24,840 bases of DNA. Source: Dehalococcoidia bacterium. GTDB lineage: Bacteria; Chloroflexota; Dehalococcoidia; GIF9; UBA5629. Where the stretch lies: contig JAQTLG010000001.1 of NCBI GenBank assembly GCA_028715025.1, positions 1 through 24,840 on the forward strand, read 5' to 3'. The notes below the pieces were generated by a model. That model searched no databases. It was not told the origin of the DNA and was given only the letters and a program-made list of their open reading frames with translations. A program made the position numbers and the translations under genes. This document shows positions 9,146 to 18,431 of this stretch, one piece after another (the stretch's first letter is position 1; the number at the start of each line of letters is the position of its first letter).

Positions 9146-10399
9146 TTAAGCTAATTCCTCCGGGCCTGCAATCCTGCCCAGCACGGCGCTTGCCGCCGCC
9201 ACGGCAGGATTGGCAAGGTAGATTTCTGACTTGACGTGCCCCATCCTTCCCACGAAGTTGCGGTTGGTGGTGGAGACGCATTTTTCTCCTGCTGCCAGTA
9301 TCCCCATGTAACCTCCCAGGCAGGGGCCGCAGGTGGGCGTGCTGACAGCGGCGCCGGCTTTAATGAAGATTTCGATCAGACCTTCTTTCAAAGCGTCCAA
9401 GTACACCTTCTGCGATCCGGGTATGACGATGCACCTCAAGCCGGCGTTGACCTTTTTGCCTTTAATGACCCTCGCGGCCAGCCTGATATCGTCCAGCCTG
9501 CCATTGGTGCAACTGCCGATGACCACCTGGTCGATGGCTATATTGCCCACCTGGCTGATTGGCTTTGTATTCGATGGAAGGTGGGGGAAGGCCACCTGCG
9601 GCTCGATCTGAGATGCGTCATATTCAATTATGGAGGCGTATGCCGCATCGGGATCAGACCTGTACTCAATGTATTTGCGGCTGGTTCTGCCCTTGAGGTA
9701 CGCCTTCGTTTTGGCATCGACTGCAAAGATGCCTGCTTTGCCGCCCGCCTCGATGGCCATATTCGACATTGTGAAGCGGTTGTCCATCGAGAGCGCCTCC
9801 ATGGCATCACCGGTGAATTCCATCACCGAATACAGCGCTCCGTCCACGCCGATCCTGCCGATCGTATACAGGATGAAGTCCTTACCACCCACCCATTTGC
9901 CCGGCTTTCCGTGAAAGACGAACTTGATGGTGGGGGGGACTTTCATCCATATCTCGCCTGTGGCCATGGCGATGGCGATGTCGGTGGAGCCCATGCCGGT
10001 GGCAAAGGCGGCCAGTGCGCCGTAGGTGTCGGTATGCGAATCTGCGCCCACCACGACATCCCCTGGCACCACCAGGCCTTTCTCAGGCAGGATGACGTGT
10101 TCTATGCCCATCTCTCCTACTTCGAAGTAGATGATTTTGTGCTCGCGGGCGAACTCGCGCATCAGCTTGGCCTGCTGTGCCGACTGTATATCCTTGTTGG
10201 GGCAGAAATGGTCCGGCACCATGACTATTTTTTGGGGATCGAAGACCTTGCCCAGCCCCAGTTTATTGAACTCCTTGATGGCAATGGGCGCTGTGATATC
10301 ATTGGACAGCACAAGGTCGGTCTTAACGTTGATAAACTCGCCGGGACTGACCCTGTCCTTGCCACAGTGAGCGGCGAGTATTTTTTCAGCTAATGTCAA
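9146..10399 (-). CDS. leuC: 3-isopropylmalate dehydratase large subunit (short, HacA/LeuC2-like type)
   Basis: [38 protein letters not shown]; 417 aa; TTG start after a GAGGAG SD. Confidence 0.96.
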   Translation of the reverse strand: MTLAEKILAAHCGKDRVSPGEFINVKTDLVLSNDITAPIAIKEFNKLGLGKVFDPQKIVMVPDHFCPNKDIQSAQQAKLMREFAREHKIIYFEVGEMGIEHVILPEKGLVVPGDVVVGADSHTDTYGALAAFATGMGSTDIAIAMATGEIWMKVPPTIKFVFHGKPGKWVGGKDFILYTIGRIGVDGALYSVMEFTGDAMEALSMDNRFTMSNMAIEAGGKAGIFAVDAKTKAYLKGRTSRKYIEYRSDPDAAYASIIEYDASQIEPQVAFPHLPSNTKPISQVGNIAIDQVVIGSCTNGRLDDIRLAARVIKGKKVNAGLRCIVIPGSQKVYLDALKEGLIEIFIKAGAAVSTPTCGPCLGGYMGILAAGEKCVSTTNRNFVGRMGHVKSEIYLANPAVAAASAVLGRIAGPEELA

Positions 10400-10423
10400 G
10401 AAAGTTACTCCTCTTTTAAAGTA

Positions 10424-10498
10424 TTATCCTTTAATCCTGGGAAGCACCGGGACTGACGACAGCAGCAGCCGCAGCAATGCTTCTACTTCAGGGCTCAC
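10424..10498 (-). CDS. Candidate 24-aa Leu-rich small [27 protein letters not shown] between leuA and leuC
   Basis: GTG start overlaps the leuA TGA (GTGA) and GGGAGG lies 4 nt upstream. The frame stays open to TAA 10426-10424, 24 nt before leuC. Below the ORF-track length cut-off. Confidence 0.45.
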   Translation of the reverse strand: MSPEVEALLRLLLSSVPVLPRIKG

Positions 10499-12033
10499 GT
10501 AGCCTCCCGGGACGCGGTTTTGCGGGCGTTCAGCAACCTGTTAAGCGCATTCATGTAAGCCTTGGCGCTGGCGACGATGATATCGGTATCCACTCCCCGT
10601 CCCGAATATGTGACGCTATCGCTTTCAATCCTGATCAAGACCTCGCCCATAGCGTCGATGCCTTCTGTAATTGAGCTCACGGTAAACTCGGTCAGCACGT
10701 TGCGCACCCTTACAATGCGGTTGATGGCCTTGTATACGGCGTCCACAGGGCCGCTGCCCAGAGCGGCATCGGCGAATATTTCCTTGTTCGGCCCGATGAG
10801 CCTTACAGTTGCCGTGGGCATGCTGTGATTGCCGCAGGAGACGCCTACGTGGTCCAGATGATAGACTTCCGAGGCCGTTCGTATTTCCTCGCCGATAAGC
10901 GACTGGATATCACGGTCGGTTATTTTGCGTTTCTTATCCGCCAGGTCCTTGAACGCCTTGAAGGCGTGGTTGAGGGCTTCCTCATCGAGTGAGTAGCCCA
11001 TCTCCGCCAGGCGTTCTTTGAAGGCATGCCTTCCACTGACCTTGCCCAGTACCAGCGCACTTGACGGCACGCCCACATCCCTGGGATTCATAATCTCGTA
11101 GGTGTTGGCTTTTTTGATAATGCCGTCCTGGTGTATGCCGGACTGGTGGCGGAAGGCGTTGGCACCCACAATGGCTTTATTCTGCTGAACCAGGAAGCCG
11201 GTCAGGTCGCTGACCATCTTGCTGGTTTTAAAAATCTGGGAGGTATCGACATTGGTCGTCACATGGTACAGGTCACTGCGGGTTTTGATCGCCATCACGA
11301 TCTCTTCCATGGCGGCGTTGCCGGCGCGCTCACCGATACCGTTGATAGTGCATTCGATCTGCCTGGCGCCCTTACGAACGGCTTCCAGACTGTTGGCCAC
11401 AGCCAGCCCCAGGTCGTTGTGACAGTGAACGCTGATCCTGGCTTTGGACATATTGGGCACGTTTTTAAAGATGCCTTCGATCAGTTTGCCGAACTCCGAG
11501 GGTATGGAGTAGCCGACGGTATCCGGGATATTGACGGAGATGGCTCCGGCGTCGATGACAGCCTCGACAATACGGTAGAGAAATTTGGGATCTGTCCGGG
11601 TGGCATCCATGGGCGAGAATTCGATGTTGGATGTATATTTCCGGGCGCGGGCGACCGCTTTCACCGCCATTTTCAGTATTTCGTCCTGGCTTTTTTTCAG
11701 CTGATGGGTAAGGTGCACGCCGGACGTGGAAAGGAAGATGTGTATCATACCCTTATTCGCTTTTTTAACAGCTTCCCATGCCCTGTCCACTGCCTCATCA
11801 TTGGCGTGGCTCAGGGCGCAGATGGTGGAATTTCGGATCTCCTTGGATATGATGCGGACGGCGTCGAAGTCGCCCTGCGACGTAATGGGGAACCCTGCCT
11901 CGATGATATCCACACCCAGCTTTTCGAGCTGCCTGGCAATATCGAGCTTTTCCTGTACATTCAGGCTGGTTCCTGCCGCCTGCTCGCCGTCACGTAAAGT
12001 CGTATCGAAAATTAGTACCTTATCTGTTTTCAT
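10495..12033 (-). CDS. leuA: 2-isopropylmalate synthase
   Basis: [41 protein letters not shown] and the regulatory domain with GSGPVDA; GGGAG SD before ATG 12033. Confidence 0.96.
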   Translation of the reverse strand: MKTDKVLIFDTTLRDGEQAAGTSLNVQEKLDIARQLEKLGVDIIEAGFPITSQGDFDAVRIISKEIRNSTICALSHANDEAVDRAWEAVKKANKGMIHIFLSTSGVHLTHQLKKSQDEILKMAVKAVARARKYTSNIEFSPMDATRTDPKFLYRIVEAVIDAGAISVNIPDTVGYSIPSEFGKLIEGIFKNVPNMSKARISVHCHNDLGLAVANSLEAVRKGARQIECTINGIGERAGNAAMEEIVMAIKTRSDLYHVTTNVDTSQIFKTSKMVSDLTGFLVQQNKAIVGANAFRHQSGIHQDGIIKKANTYEIMNPRDVGVPSSALVLGKVSGRHAFKERLAEMGYSLDEEALNHAFKAFKDLADKKRKITDRDIQSLIGEEIRTASEVYHLDHVGVSCGNHSMPTATVRLIGPNKEIFADAALGSGPVDAVYKAINRIVRVRNVLTEFTVSSITEGIDAMGEVLIRIESDSVTYSGRGVDTDIIVASAKAYMNALNRLLNARKTASREAT

Positions 12034-12047
12034 ACCACTCCCACACA

Positions 12048-12068
12048 CCGGCTTCAATAAGAAGCCGG
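12048..12068. other. Stem-loop in the ilvC-leuA intergenic region
   Basis: CCGGCTTC-N5-GAAGCCGG, perfect 8 bp, with no U-tract on the coding (minus) strand. Confidence 0.7.
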
Positions 12069-12104
12069 CAGGTATTATTCTTTAATTTTGTTTATTGTTG
12101 GTTG

Positions 12105-13091
12105 TTACTTGAGCCACGGCATCATGCCGCGCAGCTTTTTACCCACGACCTCGATCTGGTGTTCAGCCTCCCTGCGTTTTAGAGCGTTATAGACAGGCCG
12201 GTTGGCCTGATTTTCGAGTATCCATTCCCTGGCGAAGCTGCCGTTTTGCACTTCCTCCAGTATTTCGCGCATTTCATCCTTCACCATGTCATTGATAACC
12301 TGCGGGCCGCGCGTGTAGTCGCCGTACTCGGCAGTATCGCTGACGGAATAGCGCATGAAGGCCATGCCGCCCCTGTGGATCAGGTCGACGATCAGTTTCA
12401 TTTCATGCAGGCATTCGAAATAGGCGATCTCGGGCTGATAGCCCGCCTCGACCAGTGTTTCGAAGCCGGCTTTGATTAATGACGTTACGCCGCCGCAGAG
12501 CACAGCCTGTTCGCCGAAGAGGTCGGTCTCGGTCTCTTCCTTGAACGTGGTCTCGATGACCCCCGCCCTGGCGCAGCCGATGCCCCTGGCATAGGCCAGC
12601 GCCTGCTCCTTGGCTTTTCCGGAGGCGTCCTGGTGGACAGCGATGATCGCCGGCGGCCCCGATTTCTCGGTATAAAGCTGCCTGACCATGTGGCCGGGGC
12701 ACTTGGGGGCGATCATGGTCACGTCTACGTACTCCGGCGGCACGATCTGGCCGTAGTGGATATTAAAGCCGTGGGCAAACATTAACGTTTTTCCCTTGGC
12801 AAGCTGGTCAGCGATGGACTCTTTATATACTTTCGCCTGAAGCTGGTCCGGTACCAGCATCACGATCACATCGGCTCTCTTTGCCACGTCGGCCGCGTCG
12901 GACACGTCGAAGCCGGCTTTTTTAGCCGCCCGGTGTCCCTCGGTGCCTTTGGCCTCGGCGACAATGACATTCAGGCCGCTGTCACGCAAATTTTGAGCAT
13001 GGGCATGACCCTGGCTGCCGTAGCCGACAATACCAATGGTCTTGCCCTTGAGTAATGTAAGGTTTGCGTCTTTTTCATAATAGATCTTCAT
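12105..13091 (-). CDS. ilvC: Ketol-acid reductoisomerase, class I
   Basis: [62 protein letters not shown]; AGGAGG SD. Confidence 0.98.
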   Translation of the reverse strand: MKIYYEKDANLTLLKGKTIGIVGYGSQGHAHAQNLRDSGLNVIVAEAKGTEGHRAAKKAGFDVSDAADVAKRADVIVMLVPDQLQAKVYKESIADQLAKGKTLMFAHGFNIHYGQIVPPEYVDVTMIAPKCPGHMVRQLYTEKSGPPAIIAVHQDASGKAKEQALAYARGIGCARAGVIETTFKEETETDLFGEQAVLCGGVTSLIKAGFETLVEAGYQPEIAYFECLHEMKLIVDLIHRGGMAFMRYSVSDTAEYGDYTRGPQVINDMVKDEMREILEEVQNGSFAREWILENQANRPVYNALKRREAEHQIEVVGKKLRGMMPWLK

Positions 13092-13130
13092 TATGATCCC
13101 TCCTGTAAAAAAATAGTGTTAAATTATGGT

Positions 13131-13164
13131 GTAGGCATTTTCAACGGAGCCTGAATGCACCTAC
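13131..13164 (-). other. Imperfect stem-loop at the ilvN stop / ilvC leader
   Basis: GTAGG(TG)CATT...AATGCCTAC with an inner TCA/TGA pairing option. Confidence 0.5.
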
Positions 13165-13733
13165 CAGTTAGGCAGGTTTTCTTCTTCCTCTGTAAGCACG
13201 TGTTCCACGACGTGCCGCAGAGGCTTGCTTTCATCGATGGTAAGCGGACCCGCCCCTCCCCGGGGCAGAGCGATGGTACCCGTCCTCGACAATTCCCTGA
13301 TGCCGAAACCCCTCAGCAGCTCGATAAACGTTTCAACCTTTTCCTGGTTGCCGACAGCGACTATGATCAGGGAATCGGGCGATACGTCGACGATATTGGC
13401 CCTGAAAATATCCACTATCTGTATGATCTCGCTACGGGTGGAGGCGCTGGCCTTGACCTTGATCATCGCCATCTCACGCTCAACCGGATTTTCATAGGTA
13501 ATATCCGAGATCCGGATCACCTCGACGACGCGGTCGAGCTGCTTCCTGACCTGTTCAACCTTGGCGTCATCGCCTTCCAGGGTTATGGTCATGCGTGAAA
13601 GATGCGGAATCTCAATATGTCCCACAGCAATGCTTTCAATATTGAAGTTGCGCCTGCGCAGTGTGCTGGCTATGCGGTTCAGCACGCCGGGTTTGTCCTG
13701 AACCAGCGCTACTAATATATGTTTCCTGGTCAA
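13161..13733 (-). CDS. ilvN: Acetolactate synthase small (regulatory) subunit
   Basis: ACT domain DKPGVLNRIA...FNIESIAVG and ERE.AMIKV...FRANIVDV; TTG start after a GGAG SD. Confidence 0.96.
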   Translation of the reverse strand: MTRKHILVALVQDKPGVLNRIASTLRRRNFNIESIAVGHIEIPHLSRMTITLEGDDAKVEQVRKQLDRVVEVIRISDITYENPVEREMAMIKVKASASTRSEIIQIVDIFRANIVDVSPDSLIIVAVGNQEKVETFIELLRGFGIRELSRTGTIALPRGGAGPLTIDESKPLRHVVEHVLTEEEENLPNW

Positions 13734-13760
13734 TTTGTGCTCTCCATATTGTTCACATCT

Positions 13761-15455
13761 CTATTTCTTTAAGCTGCCGGAAGGGCTGGGCATCTCCAAG
13801 AACTCAACCAGAGTTTTGCCCGGTGGAACGAAGGGATAAACGTTCTCCTCCGGCTCCACGACAAACTCGATGAGGAACGGCCCTTTATGTGCCATGGCTT
13901 TTTCAATGGCCGGGCGGACGTCTATTTTCTTGTTCACCTTGACGCCCTTGATGCCGTATGCTTCGGCGATCTTGACGAAGTCCGGATTGTAAAGCTGCGT
14001 GCCGAAATAACGCTTTTCGTAAATAAGCTCTTGCCACTGGCGCACCATGCCTAGCCAGCCGTTGTTCATTACCGCAATATTTATATCCAGGTTTTCCTGG
14101 ACCATGGTAGCCAGCTCCTGCACCGTCATCTGGAAGCCGCCGTCGCCGCAGATGCACCATACCGTCTCGTGGGGAGCGCCGACCTTGGCCCCGATGGATG
14201 CCGGCAGGCCGAAGCCCATGGTGCCTAGGCCGCCCGAAGACACGAAGCTGTTGGGCTTGTCATAGAAGAAATACTGCCCGGCCCACATCTGGTGCTGTCC
14301 GACGTCAGTGACTATGATGGTATCTCCCTTGGTGACTTCATGTATCTGTCTGATAATATACTGCGGCAGCAGGCCTTCGTGGTCCCTGACTTCAGTTGCA
14401 GGGTGAATAGCCCTCCATTCGTCAAGCTGGGAGAGCCAGGACACATGTTCACGCTTGGTAATCTGCTTGTTCAATACCTGGAGCACGTTCTTAATGTCTC
14501 CCACTATGGGGACGTCCGCATTGAGGTTTTTCCCGATCTCGGCGGCGTCGATATCGATATGAATGATGCGTGCCTGTGGCGCAAACGCGCTGACCACGCC
14601 CGTAGCCCGGTCATCGAACCTCATGCCGATGGCGACAACAAGGTCGGAATGGTGTATGGCCTTATTGGCATATCCCATGCCGTGCATGCCGAGCCAGCCG
14701 TAGCTGAGAACATGTGATTCGGGGAAGCATCCGATGCCCAGGAAGGTCGTCACCACCGGTATCTGCGATTTCTCCGCCAGCTCTTTCAGTTCTGCAAACG
14801 CCCTGGACACATTTACACCGCGTCCGGCGATAATAACCGGTCGCTCAACGGTATTGATCAGGTCAGAAGCCTTTTTAATCTGAGCGGGATGGCCGAAAAG
14901 CTTGGGTTTGTAGCCCGGCAGGTCGACCTTTTCGGGGAAGACAAAATCAGTCTTGGTCTGTAAAACGTCCCTGGGTATATCCAGCAGCACCGGCCCCGGC
15001 CGGCCTGATTGGGCGACGTAAATGGCCTCCCGTATGTATTCCGCCAGCTCTGCCGCATCAAGAACAAGGTGGTTATACTTGGTTATGGGGATCGTGACGC
15101 CCGTTATATCCACTTCCTGGAAGGCATCCTTACCGATAAAAAAGGTAGGCACCTGTCCCGTGATGGCAAGCATGGGAGCCGAATCGAGATAGGCGTTGGC
15201 GATGCCGGTGACCAGGTTGGTGGCGCCGGGTCCTGATGTGGCCAGGCAAACTCCTATCTTTCCCGTCACCCTGGCATAGGCATCGGCAGCGTGAGCAGCG
15301 CCCTGCTCGTGGCGGACCAGGATATGCCTGAGCTCCGGGTATTTGGGAAACGTATCATACAGAGGCAGCAAAACACCGCCGGGGAAGCCGAAAACAACTT
15401 CCACGCCCTCTTTTAGCAGGCATTCACACAGTATCTCTGCACCGGTCTTCATCAT
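13761..15455 (-). CDS. ilvB: Acetolactate synthase large subunit, biosynthetic type
   Basis: FGFPGG, RHEQGAAHAADAYAR, TSGPGATN, FQEVD, DVGQHQMW and ThDP motif GDGGFQM...NN. Confidence 0.97.
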   Translation of the reverse strand: MMKTGAEILCECLLKEGVEVVFGFPGGVLLPLYDTFPKYPELRHILVRHEQGAAHAADAYARVTGKIGVCLATSGPGATNLVTGIANAYLDSAPMLAITGQVPTFFIGKDAFQEVDITGVTIPITKYNHLVLDAAELAEYIREAIYVAQSGRPGPVLLDIPRDVLQTKTDFVFPEKVDLPGYKPKLFGHPAQIKKASDLINTVERPVIIAGRGVNVSRAFAELKELAEKSQIPVVTTFLGIGCFPESHVLSYGWLGMHGMGYANKAIHHSDLVVAIGMRFDDRATGVVSAFAPQARIIHIDIDAAEIGKNLNADVPIVGDIKNVLQVLNKQITKREHVSWLSQLDEWRAIHPATEVRDHEGLLPQYIIRQIHEVTKGDTIIVTDVGQHQMWAGQYFFYDKPNSFVSSGGLGTMGFGLPASIGAKVGAPHETVWCICGDGGFQMTVQELATMVQENLDINIAVMNNGWLGMVRQWQELIYEKRYFGTQLYNPDFVKIAEAYGIKGVKVNKKIDVRPAIEKAMAHKGPFLIEFVVEPEENVYPFVPPGKTLVEFLEMPSPSGSLKK

Positions 15456-15475
15456 TTCGTCCAGACTGCTCCCTA

Positions 15476-17140
15476 TTATTCGAATATAGCGCCTTCGCTG
15501 GCCGGCCCCACGTTTTCAATATACCTTTTCAGGTAACCGCTCTTAATTTTGGATTTAAATGCAGGCACGGCCTTCAACCTGCGCTTTATCTCCGCCTCGC
15601 TTACCATTAGTTCGAGCTTACGAGCCGGTATATCAATGCTGATGATATCGCCGTTTTTCACTGCTGCTATGGGTCCGCGGTCGGCTGCCTCCGGCACGAC
15701 ATGGCCTATGGCAGCGCCAAGGGTACCGCCCGAGAAGCGCCCGTCTGTTATCAAAGCTACGGAGCTGCTGAGTCCCATACCGTCGAGCAGGGATGTCGGC
15801 GTAAGCATCTCTCTCATACCGGGTCCCCCGCGCGGCCCTTCATACCTGATGACCACTACATCTCCCTTCTTAATTTTACCACCCATGATACCCTTTGTGG
15901 CCTCTTCTTCATTATTAAAGACCTTAGCCGGTCCCTTATGCTTCATCATATTGGGCGCAACTGCGCCGCTCTTGACCACAGCGCCGCCGGGCGCCAGGTT
16001 GCCGAACAGTATGGCTATGCCGCCGGTTTTGGAATAAGGTTTGGAGAAAGGCCGGATGACCTCGTGGTTCCTTACCCGGGCATTTCTATAGGTGCTCGAA
16101 AGTGGTTTCAGTGTAACGGTTGGGACCGTGCCGTTGAGCAGCCTGCTGATTTCGTGCATCACCGCCGGTATGCCGCCTGCCATGTCCAGGTCCTCTATGT
16201 GCACCTGGCTGGCAGGGCTGAGCTTGCACAGGTGCGGCACTTTGTCACTGATCTCATTGATCACGTTCAGGGGAAATTTGATACCCGCCTCGTGTGCAAT
16301 AGCCTCGAAATGCAGTACGGAGTTGGAGCTGCCGCCCAGCGCCATATCTACGGCGAAGGCGTTGGCTATGGACTCCCTGGTGATAATATCCCTGGGCAGT
16401 ACGTGTTCTTTAAAGAGCCGCATGATCTGCCTTCCGGCTTCGCCGGCCAGGTGCAGCCTTCTCGAGTCCACGGCCGGTATGGTGCCGTTGCCGGGAAGAG
16501 CCATGCCTACGGCCTCGGTGAGGCAGTTCATAGTATTGGCCGTGTACATTCCCGAGCAGCTTCCGCAACCCGGACAGGCGGCGATCTCTATCTCCTCCAG
16601 TTCCGCTTCGGTCATTTCCCCCTGGGCGACGCTTCCCACCGCGGTGAACACGGAGATCAAATCCACTACCCGGCATTCCCCGTTTTTATACAGACGTCCG
16701 GACAGCATGGGGCCACCGCTGATGAAGATGGAAGGTATGTTCAAACGCACCGCGGCCATCAACATGCCGGGTACTACTTTATCGCAGTTGGGTATGAATA
16801 CCATGGCATCGAACTGGTGTGCCTCGGCCATGACCTCTACTGAATCTGCGATGAGCTCACGGCTGGGCAGGCTGAATTTCATGCCTTCATGGTTCATGGC
16901 AATGCCGTCGCAGACGCCGATGGTATTGAATTCAAATGGCACGCCTCCGGCCATTGAAACACCCGTTTTCACCGCATCGGCGATAGTATTCAGGTGCGTG
17001 TGGCCGGGGACGATCTCATTGAAGCTATTGGCGATGCCGATGAACGGCTTGTCAAAGTCCTGGCTGTGTACGCCCACAGCCCTCAATAGCGCCCTGTGCG
17101 GCGCCCTCTCTATACCTTGTTTGATGTTGTTGCTTTTCAT
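15476..17140 (-). CDS. ilvD: Dihydroxy-acid dehydratase
   Basis: [57 protein letters not shown]. Confidence 0.97.
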   Translation of the reverse strand: MKSNNIKQGIERAPHRALLRAVGVHSQDFDKPFIGIANSFNEIVPGHTHLNTIADAVKTGVSMAGGVPFEFNTIGVCDGIAMNHEGMKFSLPSRELIADSVEVMAEAHQFDAMVFIPNCDKVVPGMLMAAVRLNIPSIFISGGPMLSGRLYKNGECRVVDLISVFTAVGSVAQGEMTEAELEEIEIAACPGCGSCSGMYTANTMNCLTEAVGMALPGNGTIPAVDSRRLHLAGEAGRQIMRLFKEHVLPRDIITRESIANAFAVDMALGGSSNSVLHFEAIAHEAGIKFPLNVINEISDKVPHLCKLSPASQVHIEDLDMAGGIPAVMHEISRLLNGTVPTVTLKPLSSTYRNARVRNHEVIRPFSKPYSKTGGIAILFGNLAPGGAVVKSGAVAPNMMKHKGPAKVFNNEEEATKGIMGGKIKKGDVVVIRYEGPRGGPGMREMLTPTSLLDGMGLSSSVALITDGRFSGGTLGAAIGHVVPEAADRGPIAAVKNGDIISIDIPARKLELMVSEAEIKRRLKAVPAFKSKIKSGYLKRYIENVGPASEGAIFE

Positions 17141-17213
17141 GTGCCTGCACTTCCACTATAGTCTTGGTCAGGGGTAAAACCAGCCCTCTGGAAAAACAAA
17201 AACAGGTCTGAGT

Positions 17214-17243
17214 AAAGTAACACAGGTGCGTATTTGTTGTCAA
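17214..17243 (-). promoter_or_regulatory. Putative promoter of the ilv-leu-cimA operon
   Basis: TTGACA (17243-17238), 18 nt, extended -10 TGnTACTTT (hexamer 17219-17214), directly after the rpiB stop. Confidence 0.65.
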
Positions 17244-17244
17244 G

Positions 17245-17685
17245 CTAAAACGACTCTGTTTCTCCAATTTTGTCAATCCTGCGCTGATGCCTGCCGCCTT
17301 CAAACTGGGTGGAGATAAAATTCCCTGTTATTTCAATTGCGGTTTTATCATCGAGAAAGTCCGTGCCCAGGCACAGTACGTTGGCATTGTTGTGCCTGCG
17401 TGCCCGTGAAGCCATCTCTGTATTGCAGCACAAAGCCGCGCGGATGCCTTTGAACTTGTTGGCGGCAATGGACATGCCGACGCCGGAGCCGCATACCAGG
17501 ATTCCCATGTCACACTGCTTTTTGGTAATTGACCGGCACACGTGGGCAGCGAAATCCGGATAATCCGAAGATTCCTCACTATAGCAGCCGAAATCAGTGA
17601 TTTCGTGCCCGGCCTGCTTCAGGTAATCGATAAGCTGATTCTTCAGCTTAAAGCCGCGGTGATCGCTTCCCAGTGCAACACGCAT
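17245..17685 (-). CDS. rpiB: Ribose-5-phosphate isomerase B (RpiB/LacAB family)
   Basis: GSDHRG, DYPDFA, CGSGVGMSIAANK, ARRHNNAN, FEGGRHQRRI. Confidence 0.95.
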   Translation of the reverse strand: MRVALGSDHRGFKLKNQLIDYLKQAGHEITDFGCYSEESSDYPDFAAHVCRSITKKQCDMGILVCGSGVGMSIAANKFKGIRAALCCNTEMASRARRHNNANVLCLGTDFLDDKTAIEITGNFISTQFEGGRHQRRIDKIGETESF

Positions 17686-17703
17686 CTCTTTGAAAAACCT
17701 CCG

Positions 17704-18348
17704 CTATTTAACGTATAAATCCATGATGGCTTTTTCCGATATGATACCACGCCGCAGAATTCCTGGCGGCTCCACAGTGGTATCAACAATAGTAGACTCG
17801 GTCCCGCCGCGGCATTTACCTGCATCGATGATTAAATCAACGTTATTTCCGAGCTGGCTGCGCACCTCACCGGCCGTCAGTGTGGTCTCCCTGTCGTGCA
17901 GGTTGGCGCTGGTGCCCACAATCGGCCTGCCCAGCTCACTTACCAGTATCCGGGGCACGGCATGGTCGGGAAGGCGTATGCCTATTTTGTGGCTTCCTGC
18001 CAGGACCAGGCTTTCCAGGGCAGCCGATTTGCGCAAGATGATGGTCAGCCCGCCGGGCCAGAATCGTTCCATCAGCGCCCTGGCGAAGGGGCTGATTTCA
18101 TCTGCCAGCAGGTCGACTTCCTTTATATCCGCAATCAGCACGGGCAGCGGCAGGCTGAGCGGCCGCCCCTTGATATTGAAGACCCTGCGTACGGCCTCAT
18201 GCTCATAGATATCAGAGCCGAGCCCGTAGACTGTATCCGTCGGATAGGCCACCACTCCGCCGTTGCGCAGGATATCTACTGCCTGTGTTACCTGTTTGAG
18301 CAGCCGCGGAGGCAGATGTTCGAATGCGGGCTTTTTAGCTCGGGGCAT
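17704..18348 (-). CDS. tsaC: L-threonylcarbamoyl-AMP synthase, TsaC/YrdC type without SUA5 C-domain
   Basis: YPTDTVYGLG, KGRP...PL, FWPGGLTIIL, GIRLPDH, GTSANL, ESTIVD; ATG 18348 chosen. Confidence 0.93.
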   Translation of the reverse strand: MPRAKKPAFEHLPPRLLKQVTQAVDILRNGGVVAYPTDTVYGLGSDIYEHEAVRRVFNIKGRPLSLPLPVLIADIKEVDLLADEISPFARALMERFWPGGLTIILRKSAALESLVLAGSHKIGIRLPDHAVPRILVSELGRPIVGTSANLHDRETTLTAGEVRSQLGNNVDLIIDAGKCRGGTESTIVDTTVEPPGILRRGIISEKAIMDLYVK

Positions 18349-18354
18349 ACACAA

Positions 18355-18431
18355 ATTTTACCTTAAATATAGGGAATATTTAAGGGGGGCGTGCTGTAGA
18401 ACGCCGATTTTTCCTGTGATATACTTTGTCA
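18355..18431. promoter_or_regulatory. Divergent tsaC/guaA promoter region with a perfect 10-bp inverted repeat
   Basis: TAAAAT (minus strand, 18360-18355) and TGnTATACT (plus strand, hexamer 18420-18425) each lie 6 nt before an ATG; CCTTAAATAT-N5-ATATTTAAGG at 18361-18385. Confidence 0.7.

Noticed and set aside
8641-13733. TTG (a Leu codon) starts on ilvN, leuC and leuB as a leucine-sensing device
   Set aside because: Start codons are decoded by initiator tRNA regardless of Leu supply; they most likely just tune expression.
17141-17243. T-box riboswitch or classical attenuator upstream of ilvD
   Set aside because: Too short; no AGGGTGGNACCGCG T-box motif, no terminator and no leader peptide downstream of the promoter.
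17137-17247. Frame after the rpiB TAG stays open for 35 codons and ends in an ATGA overlap with ilvD (amber read-through idea)
   Set aside because: An open run of this length is unremarkable by chance, the region holds a good promoter, RpiB is already full length, and other genes here end normally at TAG.
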